DNA from: an uncultured Candidatus Saccharibacteria bacterium
GTDB lineage: Bacteria > Patescibacteriota > Minisyncoccia > Phycocordibacterales > XYD1-FULL-46-19
Direction: 5' to 3'
NCBI GenBank assembly: GCA_964639285.1
Contig: CAZXCI010000001.1
Location: 42,343 to 106,342, forward strand
DNA length: 64,000 nt
Positions 46,880 through 56,756 of the stretch are shown in pieces (position 1 is the first letter of the stretch; each line of letters starts with the position of its first letter). The translations under genes and the position numbers were made by a program. Below the pieces are notes generated by a model. That model was given only the letters and a program-made list of their open reading frames with translations. It searched no databases and was not told the origin of the DNA.

Positions 46880-47827
46880 ATGGATATCTCTGACTTCAGA
46901 GCTAACAATAAAACCGCCTATTTGGCTGGTTTGTATGATGATTTTACGCGTCAGATAGAAGAGGCGAAGGCTTTGGCTGTTACTGATAATTCAGTTGCTG
47001 GTTTAGTGGAAGAAGAAGTAAAAAATTTTGAGAAAGAACAAGAGGCTCTTTGGTCTAAGATGGAAGAGATTCTGGCACCTAAGGAAGGGGAAGATGATGA
47101 CCCTAAGACCGTGATGATCGAAATGCGAGCAGGGGCGGGGGGAACAGAATCGGCCCTCTTTGCTTACGAATTGTCTGAGATGTATGCCAAGTATGCTTCT
47201 TCGCAAGGCTGGAGCTTTGTTCTAGTCGATTCTTCGCCTTCAGAGCTTGGAGGCTATAAAGAAGCCACTTTTGAAGTTACGGGAGAGGGCGCCTATGAGG
47301 CTTTCAAAAATGAAATGGGCGTTCATCGGGTGCAACGTGTGCCTGCCACGGAGAAACAAGGGAGGGTTCACACCTCTACTATTTCGGTGGCGGTTTTGCC
47401 GGTGCGCGAGATCAGTACTGTCAAGATTAATCCTAGTGATTTGGAAATAGAATTTACCCGTAGTGGTGGGGCTGGCGGGCAGAATGTTAACAAGGTTGAG
47501 ACAGCTGTGCGAATGACCCACAAGCCGACAGGCCTCGTTGTTCGCAGTCAGGCTGAACGTACTCAGCTTCGCAATAAAGAGAAGGCCCTGGCCCTATTAT
47601 CGGCAAAGATTGAGGACATGGAACGTCAGAAAGAGGAGGCCAAATATTCCGCCGAACGCAAGAGTCAGATCGGCACCGCCGATCGCTCGGAGAAAATTCG
47701 GACTTATAATTATCTTCAAGATCGTATTACCGATCACCGCATTAAGAAAAATTGGCACGGCATGGAGCGTATCCTGGCCGGAGAAATGGGACCCATGATT
47801 GCCGACCTGAAAGAAGGCTTAAAATAA
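46880..47827 (+). CDS. prfA: Peptide chain release factor 1
   Basis: GGQ motif [24 protein letters not shown]. The RF1-type PAT tripeptide is in [17 protein letters not shown]. Confidence 0.85.
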   Translation: MDISDFRANNKTAYLAGLYDDFTRQIEEAKALAVTDNSVAGLVEEEVKNFEKEQEALWSKMEEILAPKEGEDDDPKTVMIEMRAGAGGTESALFAYELSEMYAKYASSQGWSFVLVDSSPSELGGYKEATFEVTGEGAYEAFKNEMGVHRVQRVPATEKQGRVHTSTISVAVLPVREISTVKINPSDLEIEFTRSGGAGGQNVNKVETAVRMTHKPTGLVVRSQAERTQLRNKEKALALLSAKIEDMERQKEEAKYSAERKSQIGTADRSEKIRTYNYLQDRITDHRIKKNWHGMERILAGEMGPMIADLKEGLK

Positions 47828-47867
47828 CGCCCAATGGAGACTTAGTCTCCATAATTACCCCGCGCTA

Positions 47868-47894
47868 TTGACAATCAGGGTCTTCGTGTATAAT
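47868..47894 (+). promoter_or_regulatory. Near-consensus sigma70-like promoter (TTGACA-N15-TATAAT)
   Basis: ttgacaatcagggtcttcgtgtataat immediately upstream of the GC-rich orphan gene. Confidence 0.4.
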
Positions 47895-47973
47895 AAGAGA
47901 AGGTGAAAGTGATGTGTCAGCATTTGTCGCAAAACACAAAGCTTTTGAAAAAACAAAGAAAGGAACCCGTAAT

Positions 47974-48759
47974 ATGATTACGGAACCCACTGTTCGAAAA
48001 TCGACGCACGACCTCGCCTTGCTTATTCCAAGCAGTGTCAGGGTCGCTAATCTGTCGCCCGAGGTTGAGGCATTTTTTCTGGCAAACAAGGACCAGATTC
48101 CAGAAGCCCTTCGTCGAGGCTTCGTCCTCCCTGAGATTACGCCGCCGCTTCTTACTCCTCCTTTTAAAACTATCAGTACCGATCTTGATTGGTGGCTGGC
48201 CACGGCCGAGGAATTTGCCCAATCCCACTTTAGGGTTACTGTTAACCTTCTGCAGATGTTCGTCATCCCTATGGAATTACCCTGGCCGAGCGCTATTCCC
48301 ATCTTCGACCCGGGGACACTCACAAACCGCAAAATGTTCAATCTTCTGAAAAAGCTGGGGCTTAATCCATGGGAAGAGGCGGACGTAATGAGATACTCCG
48401 GTTGCCAAGCTGGCGGTCTTCCCCATCTCCACCTGATTGAGAATTCAATCAAACCGGACGCTGACACTCTAACGAGCCCTGGCCAGTCACCAGACGATCT
48501 GCTCCAGAAAGGTAAGCCCTATCTTCGTCTTCGTGGTTATGGCCTGGCCTCTGCGCTGTTCTTTTCCGCCAAAAGAGAACTTCTAGACATTGAGACTTGG
48601 ACCTGGTTCCCCAATGACCGCTTGGCCGAAGGCCGTGTTGCCCGCGGTGGCTGGGATTCGAAATATGATGGCCATCTCAGGTTCTCTTGGAACGATCCGG
48701 GTACTCGGAATCCATTCTGTGGTGCCCGTGTGGCAATTTCTTGTCCACTTGCTCCTTAG
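47974..48759 (+). CDS. Hypothetical protein in GC-rich single-gene island
   Basis: ATG preceded by aaggaa. About 50% GC versus about 40% in flanking genes. Bounded by a promoter (47868) and a terminator (48784). The alternative minus-strand ORF 47865-48467 is less likely. Confidence 0.4.
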   Translation: MITEPTVRKSTHDLALLIPSSVRVANLSPEVEAFFLANKDQIPEALRRGFVLPEITPPLLTPPFKTISTDLDWWLATAEEFAQSHFRVTVNLLQMFVIPMELPWPSAIPIFDPGTLTNRKMFNLLKKLGLNPWEEADVMRYSGCQAGGLPHLHLIENSIKPDADTLTSPGQSPDDLLQKGKPYLRLRGYGLASALFFSAKRELLDIETWTWFPNDRLAEGRVARGGWDSKYDGHLRFSWNDPGTRNPFCGARVAISCPLAP

Positions 48760-48783
48760 GCCTTGTTCTCTTTTCTTTCTGTG

Positions 48784-48816
48784 GCACCCAGACATCTTGT
48801 CTGGGTGCTATTTTTG
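48784..48816 (+). terminator. Rho-independent terminator
   Basis: gcacccagac-atctt-gtctgggtgc followed by tatttttg. Confidence 0.6.
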
Positions 48817-48905
48817 ATTAGGCTGTGACGATCTAATAAAGTAGAAATTGCGAGTGGAGACAAGAGCTTGCCGTTTTGAAGGTTTTCTGTTAAACTCTTC
48901 TCTGT

Positions 48906-49661
48906 ATGTCTGAAGCAGTAAAAGATCAAGTCAAAGAGGATTTAGTGAAAAAGATGTTTGATTTGGGGGCTCATTTTGGCTATGGCCGAAACAGTCGCCA
49001 TCCTTCAAGCAAGTCTTTTTTGTTTGGATTAAAAAATAAGACCGTTATCATCGACCTTGAGAAGACTGCCGACAGTCTAAACGAGGCCAAGGCTTTTGTT
49101 CGTGAACTTGGGCGCAACAAGAAGACCATTATTTTCGTTGGATCAAAGACTGAGGCCAAGAAGTCGATCGCTAGTGTTGCTAATCTGGCTGGTCAACCCT
49201 ATGTCACCGAACGTTGGATTGGCGGGACCATGACTAATTTCCGCGAAATTCGTCGTCGCATCGATCGCTTGATCAGTCTTAAGGACGATGAGGCGACTGG
49301 TGAATTAAATAAATATACTAAGAAAGAGCGCGGTGTTATTGCCAAAGAAGTTTCTGACTTGGAGCGTTATTTTGGCAATCTTGTTGATTTAACTAAATTG
49401 CCTGGAGCGGTCTTTGTTGTTGATCCTAAGAAAGAAGAAATTGCTGTGGCTGAAGCCAAGAAACTTAAGATTCCTGTTATTGCCTTGTCTAACTCAGACT
49501 GCAATATTGAAGGTATTACCTATCCGATTGTTGCCAATGATGCCCAACAGAAGGTTATCGATTTTGTTGGTCGTGAGATTGCCACAGCCTACAACGAAGG
49601 GGTTAAAGAGGGGAATGAGCAAACAGTGGCGGCCAAGCCCGTTCCCGCTTCGGCTGTTTAA
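48906..49661 (+). CDS. rpsB: 30S ribosomal protein uS2
   Basis: MFDLGAHFGYGRNSRHP...NKTVIIDLEKTA and VFVVDPKKEEIAVAEAKKLKIPVIAL. Confidence 0.9.
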   Translation: MSEAVKDQVKEDLVKKMFDLGAHFGYGRNSRHPSSKSFLFGLKNKTVIIDLEKTADSLNEAKAFVRELGRNKKTIIFVGSKTEAKKSIASVANLAGQPYVTERWIGGTMTNFREIRRRIDRLISLKDDEATGELNKYTKKERGVIAKEVSDLERYFGNLVDLTKLPGAVFVVDPKKEEIAVAEAKKLKIPVIALSNSDCNIEGITYPIVANDAQQKVIDFVGREIATAYNEGVKEGNEQTVAAKPVPASAV

Positions 49662-49723
49662 GGCCAAGCCCTTTTCTTATTTGCTATTAATTATAAATTT
49701 AACAACTTATAAATTTTTCGATC

Positions 49724-50182
49724 ATGGTTATTACCACCGAACAAATTAAAGAATTACGAGATCGCACTGGTATTTCTATTGCTCAATGCAAGAAGGCTCT
49801 TGAGGATGCTGGGGGTGACATTGATAAGGCTCTAGGTTTCTTGAAAGAGAAGGGGGCTGAAGTTGCTGAGAAGAAGGCAGCTCGCGAGTTACATGCTGGT
49901 GTTATCAGTGCTTATGTTCACTCTAATGGCAAGATGGGGGCCATTGTCCAGGTCCACGTGGAGACCGATTTCGTGGCGAAGAACGAAGGTTTCAAGGCTT
50001 TGGCTGATGATATTGCGATGCATGTCGCCGCGATGAATCCGACTGATGTGACAGAACTTTTGACTCAACCCTTTGTTAAAGATCCGTCTCTGACTATCGA
50101 TGATTTGGTCAAGAATCACATTCAGAAATTTGGCGAACGTATTGAAGTTGCCAAGTTTGCTCGTTTGGACACTAATAGCTAG
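49724..50182 (+). CDS. tsf: Elongation factor Ts (short form)
   Basis: ITTEQIKELRDRTGISIAQCKKALEDAGGDIDKAL (UBA-like N-terminus). Only 152 aa. Confidence 0.8.
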   Translation: MVITTEQIKELRDRTGISIAQCKKALEDAGGDIDKALGFLKEKGAEVAEKKAARELHAGVISAYVHSNGKMGAIVQVHVETDFVAKNEGFKALADDIAMHVAAMNPTDVTELLTQPFVKDPSLTIDDLVKNHIQKFGERIEVAKFARLDTNS

Positions 50183-50191
50183 AACCACTTT

Positions 50192-50611
50192 ATGGTTTAT
50201 TATATTTTAGCGATAATTGCTCTTGTATCGCTGGTCGTCCTCATTGCGATATTTAGACGTCAGATAATTGCCAATCGAGGTAAGAAGCTTGATTATAGTA
50301 ATTTTCGCAATTATACCGTTACCAATTTAGCCATTGATTATCTGGCTTTCAAGATCGTGCGTTTCTGGCAGATAACACTTCATAAACTTTATATTTTCTC
50401 TCTGCACTTCATTAAGAATTCTGTTTCGATGGCTCGCTACACGATCGTAAGGGCTGAGAAGAAGTTCAACAAGATTGTTGATGCTGCCCCTGGCCCTGAG
50501 GAGATTCATAAGACTAATAAAGTTTCTTCTTTCTTGCAAGAGATTAAGGACCACAAAGAGAGCGCCATGGCGGAGATACAAAGTGGTGCAGGAGAAAATA
50601 TTGAAAAATAA
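50192..50611 (+). CDS. Hypothetical membrane protein
   Basis: N-terminal TM helix. No recognisable domain. Confidence 0.35.
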   Translation: MVYYILAIIALVSLVVLIAIFRRQIIANRGKKLDYSNFRNYTVTNLAIDYLAFKIVRFWQITLHKLYIFSLHFIKNSVSMARYTIVRAEKKFNKIVDAAPGPEEIHKTNKVSSFLQEIKDHKESAMAEIQSGAGENIEK

Positions 50612-50617
50612 AATAAT

Positions 50618-50690
50618 GCCGGTGTAGCTCAGTTGGTAGAGCGCCACTTTTGTAAAGTGGATGTCGTGGGTTCGATCCCTGCCACCGGCT
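50618..50690 (+). tRNA. tRNA-Thr (anticodon UGU)
   Basis: Cloverleaf. Acceptor gccggtg/caccggc. D-arm agctcagttggtagagc. Anticodon loop ttTGTaa. T-arm gtgggttcgatccctgc. Discriminator U. No encoded CCA. Confidence 0.85.
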
Positions 50691-50715
50691 CAAAGAGATA
50701 CCCTCTTTTTCGTAT
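50691..50715 (+). terminator. Putative terminator after tRNA-Thr
   Basis: aaagag-ataccc-tcttt stem followed by ttcg. Weak. Confidence 0.4.
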
Positions 50716-50750
50716 ACCCATAGTAGGGTCACTTTTGGTATACTTAAAGC

Positions 50751-51164
50751 ATGAGAAGATGTGAAAATTGTCTCAGGGAACTAACTGAAAGGCATAAAAT
50801 AAAGTTTTGTTCTAATAAATGTCAACACGATTATCAATATCACTCTTACATAAAGGAGTGGAAAAGTGGGAATGAGGGTGGAGTTAAGGGAACGATAACA
50901 AAGAATATCTCGGGGCACTTAAAAAGATATTTACTAGAGAAATACAAGGAAAAGTGTGCTAAATGTGGCTGGAACAAAAAACACCCAATTACTGGACGTG
51001 TCCCTTTGGAGGTTGATCACATCGACGGGAACTCTGACAATAATTCTGAGGAAAATTTAGTTCTTTTGTGCCCAAATTGCCATTCTCTAACTCCATATTT
51101 TCGCAATTTAAACAAAGGTAAGGGCCGAAAATGGAGGAAAAGCCTCAAGGAATATTTAGGATAA
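50751..51164 (+). CDS. HNH endonuclease
   Basis: N-terminal Cys pairs (CENC...C..C) and the HNH core EVDHIDGNSDNNSEENLVLLCPNCHS. Lies immediately 3' of a tRNA gene. Confidence 0.75.
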   Translation: MRRCENCLRELTERHKIKFCSNKCQHDYQYHSYIKEWKSGNEGGVKGTITKNISGHLKRYLLEKYKEKCAKCGWNKKHPITGRVPLEVDHIDGNSDNNSEENLVLLCPNCHSLTPYFRNLNKGKGRKWRKSLKEYLG

Positions 51165-51181
51165 CGTGCTAATATAAAATT

Positions 51182-51700
51182 ATGGACGAACAGCATAAAA
51201 AGAGAGAGGGGATATTCCCGATAGATCGGGAAGTTTTAGAATACACGCAAAAAGAAGCCGAGAAATTTTTTGGTACCCTATCTGACTCAGAGCAAATTCC
51301 CATTACCATGGAGTCTCACGACAAGCTTGAGGCGATGGACCCTAATTCCATGTTATACAAAAGAGATGTTGAGGGGCATGTGGTGGCTTGGACGGTTTTT
51401 GTCCCGACGACTTCGGACCTGATGAGCAAATTTTTATCTGGCGAGATAACCGAGAGACAATTATTCGACCGAACGTCTGCTGGTATCGGTTATGATGCCC
51501 TTTATCTTTGTTCGATAATCGTCCCCTCCGAATATCGCGGCCGTGGTTATGCTAAGGAGCCTGGAGCCGAAGCAGTAAAAAGGCTTTCTAAATCAAACAA
51601 AATCAAGAATCTTTTTGCTTGGCCATATAGCAAAGAAGGCCAGCAGTTATTAGAATTTGCCAAAACTGCAGGTTACGAAATAAAGATAAAAAATACCTGA
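51182..51700 (+). CDS. Hypothetical protein, possible GNAT-family acetyltransferase
   Basis: SIIVPSEYRGRGYAKE resembles GNAT motif A (R/Q-x-x-G-x-G/A). Weak. Confidence 0.35.
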   Translation: MDEQHKKREGIFPIDREVLEYTQKEAEKFFGTLSDSEQIPITMESHDKLEAMDPNSMLYKRDVEGHVVAWTVFVPTTSDLMSKFLSGEITERQLFDRTSAGIGYDALYLCSIIVPSEYRGRGYAKEPGAEAVKRLSKSNKIKNLFAWPYSKEGQQLLEFAKTAGYEIKIKNT

Positions 51701-51735
51701 TTTGAATTTAGCTCTATTTTCGCTATAATCGAGAA

Positions 51736-52500
51736 GTGAAAGAGAAAGCAGAAAAAGGTCATCTCCATCCCTTAACCCAGATAATCAATGAAGTTGTCGA
51801 TGCTTTTCGTAATCTTGGTTTTGTCGTAGCGGAGGGTCCAGAGATTGAGGATGAATATCATAATTTTGATGCTCTCAATGTCCCGGCTGATCACCCCGCG
51901 CGTGACATGTGGGATACTTTTTGGTTAAAACCAGAAAACACAAAAAGACTTTTGCGTACCCATACCTCACCTGTCCAAGTGAGATATTTAGAGAACAATA
52001 AACCGCCCCTTCGTATTATTGTGCCAGGCAAAGTCTTTCGTTACGAAGCTACCGATGCTCGTCATGAGGCGCAATTCTTCCAGATTGAAGGTTTGCTGGT
52101 TGACAAGAAGGTTAGCGTGGCTGACATGAAAGGAAGTCTTGAATATTTTTTGCAAAAGATTTTTGGGCCAAAGGTTCAGATTCGTTTGCGCCCATCCTTT
52201 TTTCCTTTCGTTGAGCCTGGTTTTGAGGTTGATATGATTTGCCCTAAATGCATCGCCTCGCCGGAGCTTAAAGCGGAGGCGGGTAATAAATGTTCTGTCT
52301 GTGGCGGTGGAGGTTGGCTCGAGATTATGGGGGCAGGCCTTGTTCACCCTCATGTCTTCAAATCTGTCGGGCTTGACCCTAACGAGTGGCAAGGCTTTGC
52401 TTTTGGTATGGGCCCAGAACGTTTGGCCATGGTCAAGTGGGGAATAGAGGATATTCGTAATTTTTATAATGGGGATAATCGTTTTATTCAGCAATTCTAA
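51736..52500 (+). CDS. pheS: Phenylalanine--tRNA ligase alpha subunit (catalytic core only, GTG start)
   Basis: [39 protein letters not shown] (motifs 2/3 region) and the C-terminal GMGPERLAM. Confidence 0.9.
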   Translation: MKEKAEKGHLHPLTQIINEVVDAFRNLGFVVAEGPEIEDEYHNFDALNVPADHPARDMWDTFWLKPENTKRLLRTHTSPVQVRYLENNKPPLRIIVPGKVFRYEATDARHEAQFFQIEGLLVDKKVSVADMKGSLEYFLQKIFGPKVQIRLRPSFFPFVEPGFEVDMICPKCIASPELKAEAGNKCSVCGGGGWLEIMGAGLVHPHVFKSVGLDPNEWQGFAFGMGPERLAMVKWGIEDIRNFYNGDNRFIQQF

Positions 52501-52506
52501 TTTGTT

Positions 52507-54423
52507 ATGCTTGTTTCATATGATTGGTTACAAAAATATTTTGCTAAACCTTTGCCGAAGGCAAGTGACGTTGTCGATAAATTAATCTTTCACGCTTTTG
52601 AAGTTGAGAGTGTTGAAGAAAGATATGGTGATTTTGTTTTTGATGTGAAGGTTTTGCCCGATCGGGCCCACGATTGCCTTTGTCATTATGGTATTGCTAA
52701 AGAAATCGCAGCACTGTTTAACTTGGAGGCTAAGCCTCCAAAGGGGGAATTGGGATCAGCGAAAACACAAAAAACTAGTAGAGATCTAAAAATAAAAATA
52801 GAGGAGTCTAATCTCTGCCGACGCTATGTTGGTCGAGTGATCGAGAATATTCAAGTTAAGGGCTCTCCAGATTGGCTTAGGGTTGATCTAGAAAAATTAG
52901 AACAACGTTCTATTAGCAATATTGTCGATGCCTCTAATCACGGAATGTTTGACGTTGGTCAACCACTGCACGCTTTTGATGCTGATAAGGTTAAAGGTGG
53001 AATTATTGTTCGGCTGGCCAAGATTGGTGAAAAAATCACGACACTCGATAATCAAGAGGTTAATTTAGATGAAACAATTTTAATCATTGCTGACGACGAG
53101 GGGCCACTAGCAATCGCCGGGGTTAAGGGTGGGAAGAAGGCAGAAGTGACAAGTGAAACAAAAAATCTGATTCTTGAGTCGGCTAACTTTGATCCGGTGA
53201 ATATTCGAAAAACGGCACAAAAAATTGGGATTAAGACTGATGCTTCAAAAAGATTTGAAAATGAGATTTCGACGGAGGTTGCTGATTATGCCATGGATTT
53301 ACTCACAGAGTTAATTGTCAAAGAGGCGGGTACAAACGAGACTAAAGTTGGTGAGAAAATTGATAAATACCAGAGCAAAAATATTCCTGCTCCGGTTGAG
53401 TTTGAGGTCAGAGAATTCAAAGAGAGATTAGGTGTCGTAATCCCAACAGAAGAGTCTGTAAAAATTTTAGAAAGCTTGGGAATTAAAGTGGAACAGATCC
53501 CCGAGTCCTCGAGAATCCGAGTTATCCCGCCGGTGGAGAGAATTGACTTGGTAGCTAAAGAGAATTACGTCGAAGAAGTCGGGCGCATTTATGGTTATGA
53601 CAAGATCAAGGGTCGGATCCCTGACCACTTAGAGGCGAAGCCTCTAAGTGGGGCAGAGAAGAGATTCAATTTAGCTAATAAGATTAGAGTGATGTTAAAA
53701 GCTGAAGGCTTCACCGAAGTCTATGGCTATGCCTTTACTGGTAAAGGAGAAGTAGAATTAGCCAATCCGCTCGCCGTGGGCAAAGAATTCTTACGAACTA
53801 ATCTTATCGACTTATTGACCGAGAAACTTAAATTTAATTTATCCCATGTCTTATTTGATGACGAGGCAGTTAAAATTTTCGAAATTGGCAAAGTTTTTAC
53901 CAGCGGGGAAGAAGAAACGCGTTTGGCCTTGGGCGTTTCCTATCGCAAGAAAATTAAGGGTCAAGATGCAAGGAAGGAAGTTGAGGAAGCTTTAGAAAAA
54001 ATTGGGAAGAAAACTTCGGTAACAGGCGACGAGGTCACCGGCCTTCGAGAAATCAATTTTGATGAATTGGTAGAAGAGTCTAGCGATACTACTCCGGTCC
54101 CGCTTGAAGGTTTGGTGAATAAAAATGCCAGTTACAAAATTGTTTCGCCTTATCCTCGTATTATCCGTGATATTGCTGTTTGGGTGCCAGAAAATACCGC
54201 GGTCGAGGCGGTGATGACTACGATTAAGTCTTCGGCCGGCGACCTCTGTGTCCTTGGTCCAATCTTGTTTGACGAATTTGTTAAAGAGGAAAGAAAGTCG
54301 CTTGCCTTCCGTCTCGTCTTCCAATCTTATCAGAAAACCCTCTCTGATGATGAGGCCAATCTTGAGATGTCTAAGGTGATTGAAGCTCTCGAAAAGTGTC
54401 CTAATTTCGAAGTCCGAAAATAG
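52507..54423 (+). CDS. pheT: Phenylalanine--tRNA ligase beta subunit (shortened form)
   Basis: MLVSYDWLQKYF start. B3/B4 and B5 regions present. 638 aa versus about 800 typical. Confidence 0.85.
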   Translation: MLVSYDWLQKYFAKPLPKASDVVDKLIFHAFEVESVEERYGDFVFDVKVLPDRAHDCLCHYGIAKEIAALFNLEAKPPKGELGSAKTQKTSRDLKIKIEESNLCRRYVGRVIENIQVKGSPDWLRVDLEKLEQRSISNIVDASNHGMFDVGQPLHAFDADKVKGGIIVRLAKIGEKITTLDNQEVNLDETILIIADDEGPLAIAGVKGGKKAEVTSETKNLILESANFDPVNIRKTAQKIGIKTDASKRFENEISTEVADYAMDLLTELIVKEAGTNETKVGEKIDKYQSKNIPAPVEFEVREFKERLGVVIPTEESVKILESLGIKVEQIPESSRIRVIPPVERIDLVAKENYVEEVGRIYGYDKIKGRIPDHLEAKPLSGAEKRFNLANKIRVMLKAEGFTEVYGYAFTGKGEVELANPLAVGKEFLRTNLIDLLTEKLKFNLSHVLFDDEAVKIFEIGKVFTSGEEETRLALGVSYRKKIKGQDARKEVEEALEKIGKKTSVTGDEVTGLREINFDELVEESSDTTPVPLEGLVNKNASYKIVSPYPRIIRDIAVWVPENTAVEAVMTTIKSSAGDLCVLGPILFDEFVKEERKSLAFRLVFQSYQKTLSDDEANLEMSKVIEALEKCPNFEVRK

Positions 54424-54511
54424 GCTCTCCCTTGTTTATTTTGTGGGCCCTTTATGCTATAATGGGGCCATATGATAGCCCTAATGGGTTATTGTTTTTA
54501 TGGCTTAAAAT

Positions 54512-56602
54512 ATGGCAAAAAAAGAAGAAAAAACACCTGCGTTAGGCGGGGCAAAGCGTAAATATGGGGCTGACGATATCGTCGTTCTGGAAGGGTTAGA
54601 TCCGGTTCGTAAACGCCCAGGTATGTATATTGGCTCAACTGGGACAGATGGCCTCCATCACTTGCTGGTAGAGATTTTTGATAATTCACGCGATGAAGCG
54701 ATGAACGGCTTTTGTAATGAAATCGAGGTCGCTATCTTGCCGGGGAATACTGTGCGCATTGTCGACAACGGAACCGGTATCCCTGTTGATATACATAAGA
54801 AGACTAAGGTCTCGGCGCTTGAGACCGTGCTTACTGTTTTGCATGCGGGAGGTAAATTTGAGGGCGATGGTTACAAAATTTCTGGTGGTTTGCACGGAGT
54901 TGGGGCTTCGGTCGTTAACGCTCTCTCTACTTCACTTAAGGCTGAGGTCCATCGTGATGGCGGTAAGTACATGCAAGAGTACGAGCGCGGGAAGAAGAAG
55001 TATAATGTGAAGAAGGTTTCTGCTTCTAAAGAGCATGGGACAATTATCACTTTCCAACCTGACGACACCATTTTTTCTGACACGGTCTATGATTGGGATA
55101 GGGTTGTCAACCATTTGCGTGGGCAGGCTTACTTGGTTAAAGGCTTAAGGGTCAGAGCGATCGATGCTCGTAGTTATGATGGGAAGATTGATACTGACAA
55201 AATTTTCTTTTTGCAGGATTTAGGTCTCGAGGTTCCATCCAAATCTTTCTATTTTGAGGGTGGATTGTTGTCGCTTGTTCGCTATTACAATAGACACGAC
55301 AAACCGCTTCATCGAGAAATCTTTTATGTTGAGAAAGAGGCCAATGAAGTAATGGTTGAAGTTGCCCTGCAATATGTTGACGATATCGACGCCAAAGAAG
55401 TTAGTTTTACCAACAATACTATTACGCCTGAGGGTGGGATGCATCTCACTGGCTTCCGTACTGCCCTGACGCGTATTATTAATGACTATGGCAAGAAGAA
55501 TAATATTCTTAAAGATAGCGAGGGGAGCCTAACGGGAGATGATGTGCGGGAAGGCCTAACTGCCGTTGTTTCGGTGAAGCTCAGGAACCCTCAATTTGAA
55601 GGTCAAACCAAGGCCAAGCTTGGGAGTGTGGAGGCCCGTGGGGCTGTCGAGGCGGTCTTTGGCGAGGCTTTTAACGCTTATCTAGAAGAGCATCCAGATG
55701 ACGCCAAGTCTATCATCAGCAAGTCAATTTTGGCTCTCAAGGCTCGTAAGGCGGCCAAAGCGGCTAAAGATAGTGTTATTCGCAAAGGTGCTCTAGAGGG
55801 GATGACCTTACCTGGCAAACTTGCTGATTGTCAGAGTCGTAACCCCGAAGATTCGGAGATATTTATTGTCGAGGGAGACTCAGCCGGTGGTTCAGGCAAA
55901 CAAGGTCGGGACCGCCACACTCAAGCCATCCTTCCTCTTAAGGGTAAGATTTTAAACGTTGAGAAGGCCCGTTTGGATAAAATGCTCGCTTTCAAAGAAA
56001 TCAAATCTCTGATCATCGCGATGGGGGTTGGTATTGGCGACATGATGGATATTTCTAAACTTCGTTATCACAAAATTATTATTGCGACCGATGCCGATGT
56101 GGATGGAGCCCATATTACCACCCTGCTTTTGACCTTCTTCTTTCGCTACTACAAACAATTGATTGATGATGGGCGCATTTTTATCGCTCAGCCACCTCTG
56201 TATAAAATCAAGAAAGGCAAAGAAACTATCTATGCTTATAGTGACGAAGAGAAGGTCAAAGTGATCGCCCAGCTTGGTGGCAACGAAACAGAAACAAAAG
56301 AAGTTGAAGAGCCAGAATTAGAGACAGATGTTGTCGAGAGCGAAGAGGGAGAGGAGGAAGAAGTGGTGACTAAAGGTAAAATCGCCAAGATTTCAATCCA
56401 GCGCTATAAGGGTCTAGGAGAAATGAATCCTGAAGAATTATGGGAGACAACTATGAACCCGGCCACCCGTGTTTTGAAGCAAGTGACCACCCCCGATGTT
56501 GAGGAAGCTGACAAAACCTTCGATATCTTAATGGGCAGTGAAGTTGAACCTCGCAAAATTTTCATCCAGACACATGCCAAACTCGCCAATGTGGATGTCT
56601 AG
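54512..56602 (+). CDS. gyrB: DNA gyrase subunit B
   Basis: VLEGLDPVRKRPGMYIGST, the GHKL ATPase, the Toprim EGDSAGGS, and IQRYKGLGEMNPEELWETTM. Confidence 0.95.
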   Translation: MAKKEEKTPALGGAKRKYGADDIVVLEGLDPVRKRPGMYIGSTGTDGLHHLLVEIFDNSRDEAMNGFCNEIEVAILPGNTVRIVDNGTGIPVDIHKKTKVSALETVLTVLHAGGKFEGDGYKISGGLHGVGASVVNALSTSLKAEVHRDGGKYMQEYERGKKKYNVKKVSASKEHGTIITFQPDDTIFSDTVYDWDRVVNHLRGQAYLVKGLRVRAIDARSYDGKIDTDKIFFLQDLGLEVPSKSFYFEGGLLSLVRYYNRHDKPLHREIFYVEKEANEVMVEVALQYVDDIDAKEVSFTNNTITPEGGMHLTGFRTALTRIINDYGKKNNILKDSEGSLTGDDVREGLTAVVSVKLRNPQFEGQTKAKLGSVEARGAVEAVFGEAFNAYLEEHPDDAKSIISKSILALKARKAAKAAKDSVIRKGALEGMTLPGKLADCQSRNPEDSEIFIVEGDSAGGSGKQGRDRHTQAILPLKGKILNVEKARLDKMLAFKEIKSLIIAMGVGIGDMMDISKLRYHKIIIATDADVDGAHITTLLLTFFFRYYKQLIDDGRIFIAQPPLYKIKKGKETIYAYSDEEKVKVIAQLGGNETETKEVEEPELETDVVESEEGEEEEVVTKGKIAKISIQRYKGLGEMNPEELWETTMNPATRVLKQVTTPDVEEADKTFDILMGSEVEPRKIFIQTHAKLANVDV

Positions 56603-56756
56603 GTGCTCAGATTGCTTTCGTTTAAAAACCTCGCATTAGAATTTTCCAGCGAAAATTCTGTGCTCCTCTCGACCAAATTACTCCTCGCTACGCTCGGAGG
56701 CCATGCTAATTTGGTCTGCGAGAGGCTTTTTAAACGAAACAATCCTCGCTTTGATG
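56603..56756. other. Nested inverted-repeat cluster between convergent gyrB and thrS (bidirectional terminator or structured RNA)
   Basis: Outer arms gctttcgtttaaaaacctcgc / gcgagaggctttttaaacgaaac. Inner hairpins gaattttccagcgaaaattc, cctctcgaccaaatta/taatttggtctgcgagagg and ctcctcgctacgctcggagg. Confidence 0.5.

Noticed and set aside
47865-48467. Minus-strand 200-aa ORF in the GC-rich region after prfA
   Set aside because: The plus-strand ORF has an upstream TTGACA/TATAAT promoter, an RBS-like aaggaa and a downstream terminator in the correct orientation. The minus ORF is probably a GC-rich antisense artefact.
50544-50732. Minus-strand 62-aa ORF
   Set aside because: It completely overlaps the tRNA-Thr gene on the opposite strand and is spurious.
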